Shown here: positions 42,093 to 52,535 of the stretch, piece by piece
Layout: each line of letters begins with the position of its first letter
Numbering within the stretch: the first letter of the stretch is position 1
Assembly: GCA_964652955.1 (NCBI GenBank)
Contig: CAZZCF010000007.1
Location: forward strand, 1-64,000
DNA from: an uncultured Leptospirales bacterium
GTDB lineage: Bacteria; Spirochaetota; UBA4802; JAKQUI01
Length of the DNA: 64,000 nt
Direction: 5' to 3'
Program-made: the position numbers and the translations under genes
The notes under the pieces: model-generated
What the model was told of the DNA's origin: nothing
Database searches by the model: none
Seen by the model: the letters and a program-made list of their open reading frames with translations, nothing else

Positions 42093-42519
42093 AGTCGAGA
42101 TTCTTCTCGTCGAGGACAAGGAGGAGGACGTGGAGCTCACTCTGCGGGCGCTGCGAAAGAACAACCTGGCGAACCGGGTGCACGTGGTTTCGGACGGCCA
42201 GGAGGCGATTGATTTCATCTTTGGGAAGGGAGCATACAGTGGGAGAGATATCAACCATACACCGAGGGTTATTCTCCTCGACCTGAAGCTTCCCAGGGTG
42301 AGCGGCCTTGAGGTGCTTCAGAGGATCAAGTCTGATGAACGGACAAAGGTGATACCGGTGGTGATGCTCACCTCCTCCAAAGAAGAGCAGGATATCGTCG
42401 AGAGCTACCGGCTGGGGGTGAACAGCTACATCGTCAAGCCGGTGAGCTTCAACGATTTCGTGAAGGCGGTTACCGACCTGGGCCTGTACTGGATGCTGCT
42501 CAATAAGCCGGCATTCTAG
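42076..42519 (+). CDS. Single-domain response regulator (REC only)
   Basis: 147 aa. Starts [18 protein letters not shown]. Acceptor in VILLDLKLP. Conserved K in IVKP. Overlaps the kinase 3' end. Confidence 0.82.
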   Translation: MKYPDEVEILLVEDKEEDVELTLRALRKNNLANRVHVVSDGQEAIDFIFGKGAYSGRDINHTPRVILLDLKLPRVSGLEVLQRIKSDERTKVIPVVMLTSSKEEQDIVESYRLGVNSYIVKPVSFNDFVKAVTDLGLYWMLLNKPAF

Positions 42520-42529
42520 GAATGTAAAT

Positions 42530-43936
42530 ATGATGAGCGAAGCAGCAAGAGATCTGCATATACTGATGCTCGAGGACAGCGAGGCCGACGCCGAGCTCAT
42601 AATCAATGAGATGCGAAAGGGCGCTCTCGCCTTTACGTACCAAAGGGTGGAGACGCGGGAGAAGTATCTCGCGGCAATTGAAAAGTATATGCCCGACATG
42701 ATTCTCTCGGACAACAGCCTTCCCGCTTTCGACGGCCTGTCGGCGCTCAGTATTGCGCAGGAAAAATGCCCCGAGGTCCCCTTCATCTTCGTCTCCGGGA
42801 CCATCGGCGAGGAGGTGGCCATAGAAACGCTGAAAGCCGGCGCGACCGATTACGTCATCAAGGACAGGCTCTCGCGGCTTGTTCCGGTAATAGAACGAGC
42901 ACTGAGGGAGGTGGAGGAGCGGCGGGAGAAGAGGCGGGCCGAGCAGCTCCTTTTGGAGAGCGAAAAGCGGTACCGGAGCCTCTACGAGGATGCGCCCATC
43001 GCCTACTTCACCATCGGCAGTGATCGCTCCATACGGCAGGCGAACAGCGCGGCAACTAGGCTTCTCGGCTATTCGAAGGACGAGCTTCTCCGTATGGAAT
43101 TATTTGATCTCTATTCCGACAATCCCGAGGGATTGTCCCGGGCGCGGAGCCACTTCGAGCGGTTTCTCCGGGGAGAGAATATCGACGACGAGGAGCTCAT
43201 GATGCGGAAAAGCGACGGCGAGCCGGTCTGGGTGAGCCTCGCCGTCCGTCCCGTCAGGGACGATCGGGGAGCCGTCGTGGAATCCCGATCCATGGCCATC
43301 GATATCACCGATCGGAAGCTGGCGCAGGAAGAGCTGGCAAAGAGCTTTGTCAAGCTCCGGAAGACCCTGAACGACACCATTTACGCCATGGCGCTCACCA
43401 TCGAGTCGCGGGACGCCTACACCGCCGGGCATCAGCAGAGGGTGGCCCATCTCGCGTGCGCCATTGCGGAGGAGCTGGGCATGCCGGCCGAGCAGATTGA
43501 GGGACTGCACATGGGCGCCATTGTCCACGATATCGGCAAGATCTCCATTCCCGCGCAGATTCTGAGCAAGCCGGGGAAGCTTCTCAAGGAGGAGTTCGAG
43601 ATAATTATCACCCACCCGCAGCAGGGATATGACATTCTCAAGGGGATTGATTTCCCCTGGCCGGTTGCGGAGATGGTGCTTCAGCATCACGAGCGGATAA
43701 ACGGCACCGGTTATCCCGGCGGGCTCAGGGATGGGGAAATACTCATTGAATCGAAGATACTCGCCGTCGCCGATGTGGTCGAGGCGATGTCCTCTCATCG
43801 TCCGTATCGTCCCAGCGTGGGTATCGTGAACGCCCTCGGGTACATTCAGATGAACAGCGGCGTTCTCTTTGATGCAGGAGTGGTCGGAGCCTGTGAGACT
43901 GTTTTCGAAAAGGGATTTGAATTTGAGGAGGGATAA
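42530..43936 (+). CDS. Response regulator with PAS and HD-GYP (c-di-GMP phosphodiesterase) domains
   Basis: 468 aa. REC (DMILSDNSLP), PAS, and HD-GYP with an intact HD (HQQRVAHL, VHDIGK) and GYP (HHERINGTGYPGGL). Confidence 0.85.
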   Translation: MMSEAARDLHILMLEDSEADAELIINEMRKGALAFTYQRVETREKYLAAIEKYMPDMILSDNSLPAFDGLSALSIAQEKCPEVPFIFVSGTIGEEVAIETLKAGATDYVIKDRLSRLVPVIERALREVEERREKRRAEQLLLESEKRYRSLYEDAPIAYFTIGSDRSIRQANSAATRLLGYSKDELLRMELFDLYSDNPEGLSRARSHFERFLRGENIDDEELMMRKSDGEPVWVSLAVRPVRDDRGAVVESRSMAIDITDRKLAQEELAKSFVKLRKTLNDTIYAMALTIESRDAYTAGHQQRVAHLACAIAEELGMPAEQIEGLHMGAIVHDIGKISIPAQILSKPGKLLKEEFEIIITHPQQGYDILKGIDFPWPVAEMVLQHHERINGTGYPGGLRDGEILIESKILAVADVVEAMSSHRPYRPSVGIVNALGYIQMNSGVLFDAGVVGACETVFEKGFEFEEG

Positions 43937-44153
43937 AGCGAATGCGACAGGATTTACAGGATAACGTGATATTAAGATATGGATTTTCAGAGATAATGGT
44001 AATATTTGGTAATATTGACGATAAACAGGGACGAATGGAGATAGTTATCGGTTATTTTTTACCTGTTACCCGTTACTCGTAACACATAATAATCGGCGTT
44101 AATCTGCAGTTATATTTTAAAAGTGTTACAAAAACTGATGCTGGGGTCTGGAG

Positions 44154-46859
44154 ATGACTGAAAAACTGAAGATTCTGATCCTTGAAGACAGTCCCGACGA
44201 CTGCGAGCTGATGGAGCGCGAGCTCAGGAAGGGGAAAATTTCCTTTGCCGCCACGCGCGTCGAGACGGAAGAGGATTATATCAGGGAGATCGAGAATAGT
44301 ACCCCCGATATTTTACTCGTTGATTACGCCCTTCCGAGCTTCGACGGGCTCTCGGCGTTGCGCATCTCGATGGAAAAGCGCCCCGGCGTGCCCTTCATCT
44401 TCGTCTCGGGAGTCATCGAGGAGGAGACAGCCATCGAGAGCCTGAAGGCGGGAGCCACCGACTACGTCTTTAAGCACCGGCTCTCCCGGCTGGTCCCCGT
44501 GGTGAAACGGGCGCTGCGGGAGGTCGAGGAGCGCGGGGAGCTGGAGCGTGCCGAGCGGGCGCTCAGGGATTCCGAGAGACGATACCGTGAGCTGGTGGAG
44601 AACATCAACGACGTGATATTCTCCCAGGACGCCGAGGGTCGCATTGTCTATATCAGCCCCGCCCTGGAGCGGATGAGCCAGTACAAAACCGAAGATATCA
44701 TCGGCAAATCCTTTATAGAGCTTGTTCACCCGGAGGATCTCCCCGGACTGATGGAGAGCTATACCCGAACCATGGAAGGGAGCCGGGAGCCGTGGGAATT
44801 CCGGATGTTCGACAAGGACGGCTCCGTTCGCTGGGTGCGGACATCGAGCAGGCCCCTGGTCAGGGATGGTGAGATTGCTGGTTTGCTGGGGATTTTGACC
44901 GACATCACCGAGCGTAAATTAGATGAAGAACGGATACGGCATCTCAACCTGGTGATTCGCTCGATCCGGAATGTCAATCAGCTCATCACCAAGGAGAAGG
45001 ATCGGGATAGACTGCTCCAGGGGGCCTGCGACAACCTGGTAGAGAACCGCGGGTATTATAAATGCTGGATTGCCCTTCTGGGCAGCGACGGACGGCTTCT
45101 GAAGCATAAGGAGGCCGGATGGGGGGATGCGCTTTCCCAGAAGATCGATATGGCCGAAAAGGGCAAACACGCCCTAATGGTCAGAAGGACGCTGGAGCAA
45201 CCGGGCGTCGCCGTTGTCATGGATCCCGCACGGGAGTGTTTCGACTGTCCCCTGTCAAGTTACTACGAAGAGGGAATGGCGGCGATGACCTCGCGACTTG
45301 AGTACGAGGGGACGGTGTACGGTCTCATCAGCGTTACCATTCCTGCAGCGATTGCCGTTGACGAAGAGGAACAGAGCCTTTTTCAGGAGGCTGCAGATGA
45401 CATCGCCTTCGCCCTCCATAACATCGAGATGGAGAAGGAGCGTGACGCCTCTCAACGGGATCTTGCCGAGCGTATCAAGGAGATGAGCTGTCTCTATCGG
45501 ATAAACGAGATAGGCCGGCGGGAAGATTACTCCATTGACGATTTTCTCCGGGAGACCGTCAGGATAATGCCGGACGGATGGCAGTTTCCGGAGTTGACCG
45601 GCTGCCGCATCGTCTTTGAGGGGAAAGAATATAGAACAGATAATTTCAGGGAAACCGAGTGGAAGCAGGAAGACGATATAATCATCAACAGGGAGCGGGC
45701 GGGGAAGATCGAGGTGTGTCTCCTGGAGCCTCCTCACGCGGACGAGGAGCCCTTTCTCCATGGTGAAGAAGAGCTCATCGGGGCAATCGCCTTCACCCAT
45801 GCCGTCATCATCCATCAGTGGCAGACGGTGGAAGCCCTCCGGAAGAGCGAGGAGAAATATCGGACCATTCTCGAGCAGATGGTGGAGGGATATTTTGAGA
45901 GCGATTTGAAAGGAAACATTACCTTTGTCAACAAATCGGTATGTGAAGCAATGGGATATGAGAAGGATGAGTTTATAGGCATGAATTACCGGCAGATCAC
46001 GGGCGAGACGAACGCGCAGAAGGTCTGGCAAGTGTACAACGACGTTTATCGCAGCGGGGAGCCTAAAAAGAACGCAGAGCACGATTTAATAAGAAAAAAC
46101 GGGAGCAGGATATCCGTTGAGGGATCCGTCGACTTGATTAGAGACCGGTCGTCGAATCCCATTGGTTTCAGAAGCGTCGTGCACGATGTCACCGATAGAA
46201 AGAAGGCCGAGGAGCAGATACGCCAGTCGCTGCGGGAGAAGGAGATCATGCTGCAGGAGATTCATCACCGGGTGAAGAACAACATGCAGATTATCTCCAG
46301 CATGCTGGGGCTTCAGAAGAAATACATCCGGGACGAACGGGATATCGAGCTCTTCAGAGACAGCCAGAGCCGCATTCGCTCCATGGCCCTGGTTCACGAG
46401 AAGCTCTATCGATCGAGGAATCTGGCGCGGATCGACTTTGCCGAATACACGAGGGATCTCGTCGATCAGCTGTTGCAGTTCTATAACGTAAAGAAGATGG
46501 ACATAGACTTCAAAATTGAATTTGAGAGCATATATTTCGGCGTTGACATCGCCATTCCCTGCGCCCTCATCATCAACGAGCTCGTCTCGAATTCGCTGAA
46601 ACACGCTTTCCCCGATGGTATGAAGGGGATACTATACGTTCATCTCACCAAAGATGGAGACATGTACCTTCTGACCGTGAGCGACAACGGTATCGGCTTC
46701 CCCAAAGGGATCGACTTTCAAAAAACCGAATCGCTCGGCCTGCAGCTCGTCGACGCCTTTGTCAGGCAGATCAAGGGGAGCATATCGCTTGAGCGGAAGG
46801 GAGGAACCTCTTTCAACATCGCGTTCAAGGATAAAAAAGCAGGAAAAGGTATTACATGA
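44154..46859 (+). CDS. Hybrid sensor kinase: REC, PAS, GAF, PAS, HisKA_2, HATPase_c
   Basis: 901 aa. REC paralogous to that of 42530. PAS domains, a central GAF-like region, H-box EIHHRVKNNMQIISSMLGL typical of HisKA_2/HWE-like kinases, and a C-terminal ATPase. Confidence 0.85.
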   Translation: MTEKLKILILEDSPDDCELMERELRKGKISFAATRVETEEDYIREIENSTPDILLVDYALPSFDGLSALRISMEKRPGVPFIFVSGVIEEETAIESLKAGATDYVFKHRLSRLVPVVKRALREVEERGELERAERALRDSERRYRELVENINDVIFSQDAEGRIVYISPALERMSQYKTEDIIGKSFIELVHPEDLPGLMESYTRTMEGSREPWEFRMFDKDGSVRWVRTSSRPLVRDGEIAGLLGILTDITERKLDEERIRHLNLVIRSIRNVNQLITKEKDRDRLLQGACDNLVENRGYYKCWIALLGSDGRLLKHKEAGWGDALSQKIDMAEKGKHALMVRRTLEQPGVAVVMDPARECFDCPLSSYYEEGMAAMTSRLEYEGTVYGLISVTIPAAIAVDEEEQSLFQEAADDIAFALHNIEMEKERDASQRDLAERIKEMSCLYRINEIGRREDYSIDDFLRETVRIMPDGWQFPELTGCRIVFEGKEYRTDNFRETEWKQEDDIIINRERAGKIEVCLLEPPHADEEPFLHGEEELIGAIAFTHAVIIHQWQTVEALRKSEEKYRTILEQMVEGYFESDLKGNITFVNKSVCEAMGYEKDEFIGMNYRQITGETNAQKVWQVYNDVYRSGEPKKNAEHDLIRKNGSRISVEGSVDLIRDRSSNPIGFRSVVHDVTDRKKAEEQIRQSLREKEIMLQEIHHRVKNNMQIISSMLGLQKKYIRDERDIELFRDSQSRIRSMALVHEKLYRSRNLARIDFAEYTRDLVDQLLQFYNVKKMDIDFKIEFESIYFGVDIAIPCALIINELVSNSLKHAFPDGMKGILYVHLTKDGDMYLLTVSDNGIGFPKGIDFQKTESLGLQLVDAFVRQIKGSISLERKGGTSFNIAFKDKKAGKGIT

Positions 46860-48247
46860 GAGGAGACGCTCGCAACGCGAAGAAAATACTGATTGTCGAG
46901 GACGTCATCATCGTTGCGATGGACATGAAGGATAAGCTCGAGCGGATGGGATTCGAAGTCGTCGGTATGGCAGCCTCCGGGGAGGAGGCGATAGAGAAGG
47001 CCCATCAGATCGAGCCGGATCTCATCCTCATGGACATCATGCTCGACGGCGACATCAACGGCATCGAGGCGGCACAGGAGATTCGGGATACGCTCTCCAT
47101 ACCGGTCATCTACACGACCGCGCTCTCCGGAGAAGAGGTGATCGAGCGCGCCCAGATCACCGATCCCTACGGCTACCTGATCAAGCCCATTGAGGAGAAG
47201 GATCTACTCATTTCGATCGAGATAGCCCTCAGGAGGCATGAGTTCGAAAAGAAGCTGGAGGAGAGCGAGAAGCGCTTTCGCACGCTCTTCGAGGAATCGA
47301 AGGACGCCATCTATATAAGGGACAGCGAAGGGAATTATGTCGATCTCAACCGATCGATGCTCGAGCTCTTTGGCTATGAGCGGGGGGACATGGCGGACCT
47401 CACCGTGAATGGCCTCTTTGCTGATCGGGATGATATTGCTTCATTTGAGCATACCCTGCGGGAAGTGGGATTCGTAAAGAACCTCGAAGTGAATATGCAG
47501 CGAAAGGACGGCACCGGGCTCATCTGCGTGTTGACGGAGAATGCGCTGCGGGAGAACGGAGCGATAACCGGCTATCAGGGTGTTATTCGCGATATTACCG
47601 ATAGAAAGCGCTCCGAGGAGGAGATACGGAGAGGGTACGAAAAGCTGCGTAAAACCATCGACGGCATTGTGCAGGCGATGTCGCTCACCGTCGAGGCGCG
47701 TGACCCTTACACGGCGGGCCATCAGAGGCGGGTGGCGGAGCTCGCCGCGGCAATTGCCGACGAGATGGGGCTCGACGAACAACAGATAGAGGGGATCAGG
47801 ATGGCAGGGGTAATACACGATCTCGGGAAGATATACGTTCCCTCGGAGATACTGAGCAAGCCGGGGAAGATTACCGATGCCGAGTTCAACATCATCAAGA
47901 TGCACCCGCTGGTGGGGTACGATATACTGAAGACCATAGACTTCCCCTGGCCCATTGCGCAGATTGTACATCAGCATCACGAACGAATGGACGGCTCCGG
48001 GTATCCGCAGGGACTTACGGGAGACGATATTCTCATCGAGGCGCGGATCATGGCCGTTGCGGACGTGGTCGAGGCCATGGCATCGCACCGTCCCTACCGG
48101 CCCGCTCTCGGCATCGATGTTGCTCTCGACGAGATCCGGAAGAACAGGGGCCGCTACTATGATCCCGATGTGGCCGACGCCTGCCTTCGGCTCTTTGATG
48201 AGAAGGGATACCGCATAGAGACAAAAGCAGACACGCTGCTTTTTTGA
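46856..48247 (+). CDS. Response regulator with PAS and HD-GYP domains (second paralog)
   Basis: 463 aa. FixJ-like REC (DLILMDIMLDG...PVIYTTA), PAS, HD-GYP (HQRRVAEL, IHDLGK, HHERMDGSGYPQGL). Confidence 0.85.
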   Translation: MRGDARNAKKILIVEDVIIVAMDMKDKLERMGFEVVGMAASGEEAIEKAHQIEPDLILMDIMLDGDINGIEAAQEIRDTLSIPVIYTTALSGEEVIERAQITDPYGYLIKPIEEKDLLISIEIALRRHEFEKKLEESEKRFRTLFEESKDAIYIRDSEGNYVDLNRSMLELFGYERGDMADLTVNGLFADRDDIASFEHTLREVGFVKNLEVNMQRKDGTGLICVLTENALRENGAITGYQGVIRDITDRKRSEEEIRRGYEKLRKTIDGIVQAMSLTVEARDPYTAGHQRRVAELAAAIADEMGLDEQQIEGIRMAGVIHDLGKIYVPSEILSKPGKITDAEFNIIKMHPLVGYDILKTIDFPWPIAQIVHQHHERMDGSGYPQGLTGDDILIEARIMAVADVVEAMASHRPYRPALGIDVALDEIRKNRGRYYDPDVADACLRLFDEKGYRIETKADTLLF

Positions 48248-50616
48248 ATGGAATTGATGCTATGAAATCGAAGCGTATACTTATTGTCGAGGACGAGATA
48301 CCAACCGCCATGTACCTTCGGGGTATTCTGGAGGGGAGGGGATACAGTGTCGCCGGTGCAGTCGCCACCGGCGAGGAGGCGCTTGCACGCTTCAAAGCCG
48401 AGCAGATAGACCTCGTCCTCATGGACATCATCCTGGAGGGGGAGATGGACGGGATTGAGACGTCGCGTCGCATCAAGAAGCTGCGGGATGTTCCGATTAT
48501 CTACCTCACCGCGAGCACCGACGAGAGGAACCTCAGCCGCGCGATGGAAACCGAGCCGCACGGCTATCTTATCAAGCCGATAGACGAATACGAGCTCTAT
48601 TCGACGGTGGAAACGACTCTCATACGGGATTCCCTGGAGAAGAAGATCAGGGAGAGCGAGGAGAAATACCGAACCCTCGTTGGGAATCTCAACGATGTGC
48701 TCCTTACCGTTGATACCGCGGGAACGATTACCTACATCAGTCCGGTGATCGAGCGGATGAGCGGATATATGGTGGATGAAATTTCCGGGAGAAATTTCAC
48801 CGATTTCATTCATCCCGATGACCTTCATGCGCTCCTCGAGAGCTTCACTTCAACGCTGAAGGGAGATCTTGCGCCATCCGAGTTCAGGATGCTTGACAGG
48901 GATGGAACGGTGCGTCACATGCGGTCCTCGAGCAGGCCTATTGTTGAGAAGGGAGAAGTGGTCGGCCTCTCGACGCTCATGACCGACATCACCGATCGGA
49001 AGATGCTCGAAGCGGAAAAGGATCGCTTCCTTGCGGACCTTGCAGAGCGAACGAAGGAGCTGGGATGTCTCTACAACATATCGAAAATTTTCGAGAACCG
49101 GGAACTTCCCCTCAACGCAATATTGAAAGAAATGACAAAGGCCATCCCCGAGGCGTGGCAATATCCGGACATGGTGCAGGCGAGAATCGTCTACGACGGC
49201 AGGGAGTACCGTCCGAGGAATTTCTCCCAAAAAGCGCATGCGATAACGGCGGATATTGTCGTCAGGGGCGAGAAGGCCGGTTATGTTCAGGTTTCCTATC
49301 GCGAGAAACGTACGACTCAGAGTGAGGAACCCTTTCTGGCGGAGGAACAGAAGCTCCTCGACGTTATCGTCGAACGGCTCGGAACCATAATTGAGCATAA
49401 ACAGGCGGATGAGGAGCTCCGCATCGCCCGACGCGAGATTGAGAGCCTCCTTGCCGCAATAACCTCGATTCTCATTCAGGTCTCGACAAAGGACCAGGTG
49501 ATTCGCTGGAACAGGATTGCCGAGATCACCTTCGGCATACCGGCTTCCGCGGTGCTGAACCGTAAGTTCTCCCAGTGCTCAATTAAATGGGAATGGGATA
49601 ATATCTATGAGGGGATATTCTACTGCATTGCCGAGGATAAACCCGTTCGGCTCGATGAAATCGTCTATGTTCGACCGGATGGGAAGAAGCGTTTTCTCGG
49701 CATCACGGTCAATCCTATAAAGGATGTTGACGACACGCTCATGGGTTTTCTCCTCTTCGGAACCGATATCACCGAACGGAAGAACATGGAGAGCCAGCTT
49801 CTCCAGGCGCAGAAGCTTGAATCGATAGGGCAGCTCGCTGCCGGCATCGCCCACGAGATTAATACGCCCACGCAGTACGTGAACGATAACGTACACTTTC
49901 TGCAGGGCGCCTTCGCCGATTACCAGAGGCTTCATGAGCGATGCGATCTGCTCGTTGCCGCCGTACGGGAGGAAGGCACCACAGTTGAGATGGCGAAGCA
50001 GATAGAATCAATCAAGGGAGAGATAGATTTCCCCTTCATCAACGAGGAGATCCCGAAGGCAATCGAACAATCGATAGACGGCCTGGGTCGCATCTCGCGG
50101 ATTGTGCAGTCGATGAAGCAGTTCTCACATCCGGGAACCGACAATAAAGTCGACGAGGATATCAATAAAGCGCTGGAAAATACGGTTGCCATTTCACGAA
50201 ACGAATGGAAATACGTTGCCGATGTGGAAACAGACTACGATCCGGACATCCCCCGCGTTCCCTGCTTTCCCGGCGAGCTGAACCAGGTCTTTCTCAACAT
50301 ACTGGTGAACGCCGCACAGGCCATCGAGGAGAAAAACAGGGGGAGCGATGAAAAAGGGGTGATACGCATCAGCACCAGTCAGGTTGAAAGCTCCGTAGAG
50401 ATACGCATCAGTGATACCGGAAAGGGGGTTCCGCCGGACATACAGTCGAAGGTTTTTGATCCCTTTTTCACCACGAAGGCGGTGGGAAAGGGAACGGGGC
50501 AGGGACTCGCTATATCGCACGCTGTTATCGTTGAGAAGCACGGCGGCACCATTTCGCTCGAGTCGGAGATGGGGAAGGGGACAATATTTACTATTCGATT
50601 ACCGCTGGAGGGATAA
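48244..50616 (+). CDS. Hybrid sensor kinase: REC, PAS, GAF-like, PAS, HisKA, HATPase_c
   Basis: 790 aa. REC (DLVLMDIILEGE...PIIYLTA). H-box region QLAAGIAHEINTP. GHKL motifs DTGKGVP and GKGTGQGLA. Confidence 0.85.
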   Translation: MNGIDAMKSKRILIVEDEIPTAMYLRGILEGRGYSVAGAVATGEEALARFKAEQIDLVLMDIILEGEMDGIETSRRIKKLRDVPIIYLTASTDERNLSRAMETEPHGYLIKPIDEYELYSTVETTLIRDSLEKKIRESEEKYRTLVGNLNDVLLTVDTAGTITYISPVIERMSGYMVDEISGRNFTDFIHPDDLHALLESFTSTLKGDLAPSEFRMLDRDGTVRHMRSSSRPIVEKGEVVGLSTLMTDITDRKMLEAEKDRFLADLAERTKELGCLYNISKIFENRELPLNAILKEMTKAIPEAWQYPDMVQARIVYDGREYRPRNFSQKAHAITADIVVRGEKAGYVQVSYREKRTTQSEEPFLAEEQKLLDVIVERLGTIIEHKQADEELRIARREIESLLAAITSILIQVSTKDQVIRWNRIAEITFGIPASAVLNRKFSQCSIKWEWDNIYEGIFYCIAEDKPVRLDEIVYVRPDGKKRFLGITVNPIKDVDDTLMGFLLFGTDITERKNMESQLLQAQKLESIGQLAAGIAHEINTPTQYVNDNVHFLQGAFADYQRLHERCDLLVAAVREEGTTVEMAKQIESIKGEIDFPFINEEIPKAIEQSIDGLGRISRIVQSMKQFSHPGTDNKVDEDINKALENTVAISRNEWKYVADVETDYDPDIPRVPCFPGELNQVFLNILVNAAQAIEEKNRGSDEKGVIRISTSQVESSVEIRISDTGKGVPPDIQSKVFDPFFTTKAVGKGTGQGLAISHAVIVEKHGGTISLESEMGKGTIFTIRLPLEG

Positions 50617-50624
50617 TCGGGAAG

Positions 50625-50996
50625 ATGCCACAGGATAAAATGGGAATACTCTTTGTCGATGACGATCCGAAACTGCTCGAAGGCCTGCGGAGAATGCTCA
50701 GGGGAAAGCGAGAGGTCTGGGAGATGGCCTTTGTGGTAAGCGGAAGGGAAGCGCTCGCGGTGCTTGCCGGATCTCATATCGATATAATTGTCGCAGACTA
50801 CAAAATGCCGGGGATGAACGGCTTCGAGCTTCTGGAAAAGGTGAAGGATGAGTATCCGCATATCAGGCGGATTCTCCTCACCGGGCAGTCCGATGAGGAG
50901 GTCTTCGCGCGATCCGGGGAGATCGTACACCGCTACCTCTCCAAGCCCTGTGAGCCGGGAGTGCTCATCGAAACGCTCGAACATATTTCTACATAA
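50625..50996 (+). CDS. Single-domain response regulator (REC only)
   Basis: 123 aa. Acceptor IVADYKMPGMNG. Conserved K in LSKP. Confidence 0.8.
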   Translation: MPQDKMGILFVDDDPKLLEGLRRMLRGKREVWEMAFVVSGREALAVLAGSHIDIIVADYKMPGMNGFELLEKVKDEYPHIRRILLTGQSDEEVFARSGEIVHRYLSKPCEPGVLIETLEHIST

Positions 50997-51005
50997 GGAC
51001 ACATT

Positions 51006-52535
51006 ATGAAACCTGATGCTGTTAGCATACTCATCGTTGAGGATTCGGTAACAACGGCGATGTATATCGACAGAATGCTCAATGATCGGGGATATGAAAA
51101 AATACGGAGAGCGGTTTCGGGTACCGAGGCGCTGACGATGGTACGGGAAGAGCCGCCGGATCTTGTACTGATGGATATTATGCTGGAAGAGGATATGGAC
51201 GGTATCGAGACGACACACACCATAAAGGAGTACCTCGATGTTCCGGTCATTTATATAACCGCCAATACAGACGAGCGGAATCTTCAGCGAGCGCGGGAGA
51301 CCAATCCCCATGGATACCTCATTAAACCGATAAATGATTTTGAGCTCTACACGGTTGTCGAGATGGCGCTGTTCAGGCATCAGCTCGAAAAGAAAATCGC
51401 CGAGAGCGAGGAGCGATACCGCACGCTCCTCTCGTCAATATCGTCAATTCTCATCGGAATCGACACCGGCGCTATCATCACGCACTGGAATGCCGTTGCC
51501 GAGAATACCTTCGGCAGAACCGCTTCCGAGGTAATAGGTCGCAGTATTTACGATTTCGAAATATGCAGGGACCGGGAGGCCATACGTGATGGCATCTCCC
51601 GGAGCCGGAGTGGTAATGAGGCGGTATCTTTAACCGATATTCCATTCACGAACCGGAATGGTGAGGAAGGGTATCTCGGGATTACTATTAGTGTGATCAG
51701 ATCACCCGGAGGAACGATTACCGGTTTTCTCCTGTACGGGAAAGACGTTACCGAGAAGCGAATGTTGGAACAACAGCTCATTCAGTCGAGCAAAATGGCC
51801 TCGCTCGGCGAGATGGCGACCGGCATCGCCCATGAGATCAATCAACCTCTGAATGTCATCAAGATAGCCGCACAGCTTGTCAAAGACAGCATTATTGAGA
51901 ATGACTATACGCCGGGTTTCATCGAGGAGCGCTCGGATGTCATCCTGTCCCAGGTGGAGAAGGCATCCGGGATTATCGATCATATACGTACCTTCGGCCG
52001 CAAGGATGACCTGAACTTCACCGACCTCGATCCCCATAAGCCGATCAGGGACGCTTTTACGCTTCTCGGGGAGCAGCTCAAAAACCATTCCATTGAATAC
52101 TCCCTGGAGCTGGACCATGCCGAATGTATTATTTCCGGCGACGCGAACCGCCTGGAGCAGGTCTTCATCAACCTGATAATCAATGCGCGAGACGCCCTCG
52201 ATACCTATGAGTGCTCTGATCAAAAAAGTATAAAGGTCTTATCATTACACGATGCGGATAATGGAACGATAGTAATTCACTTCGAGGATAACGGGCCGGG
52301 AATTCCCGACACCGGTGTCAATAAAATATTCGAGCCTTTTTTTACCACCAAGGAGGTCGGGAAGGGAACCGGACTCGGCCTCTCCATCAGTTACAGCATC
52401 ATCAAATCGCATGATGGTTCGATAAAAGTGAGCTCGGGTAAAGCGGGGACACGCTTCACCATAGCGCTGCCTGTGAAACGTGTTTCCGGTGAGCAGTGCA
52501 GCAATTCAGGAAAAGTGCGGGAGGTGCCACATTGA
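51006..52535 (+). CDS. Hybrid sensor kinase: REC, PAS, HisKA, HATPase_c
   Basis: 509 aa. REC (DLVLMDIMLEED...PVIYITA), one PAS, H-box ATGIAHEINQP, ATPase DNGPGIP and GKGTGLGLS. Confidence 0.85.
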   Translation: MKPDAVSILIVEDSVTTAMYIDRMLNDRGYEKIRRAVSGTEALTMVREEPPDLVLMDIMLEEDMDGIETTHTIKEYLDVPVIYITANTDERNLQRARETNPHGYLIKPINDFELYTVVEMALFRHQLEKKIAESEERYRTLLSSISSILIGIDTGAIITHWNAVAENTFGRTASEVIGRSIYDFEICRDREAIRDGISRSRSGNEAVSLTDIPFTNRNGEEGYLGITISVIRSPGGTITGFLLYGKDVTEKRMLEQQLIQSSKMASLGEMATGIAHEINQPLNVIKIAAQLVKDSIIENDYTPGFIEERSDVILSQVEKASGIIDHIRTFGRKDDLNFTDLDPHKPIRDAFTLLGEQLKNHSIEYSLELDHAECIISGDANRLEQVFINLIINARDALDTYECSDQKSIKVLSLHDADNGTIVIHFEDNGPGIPDTGVNKIFEPFFTTKEVGKGTGLGLSISYSIIKSHDGSIKVSSGKAGTRFTIALPVKRVSGEQCSNSGKVREVPH

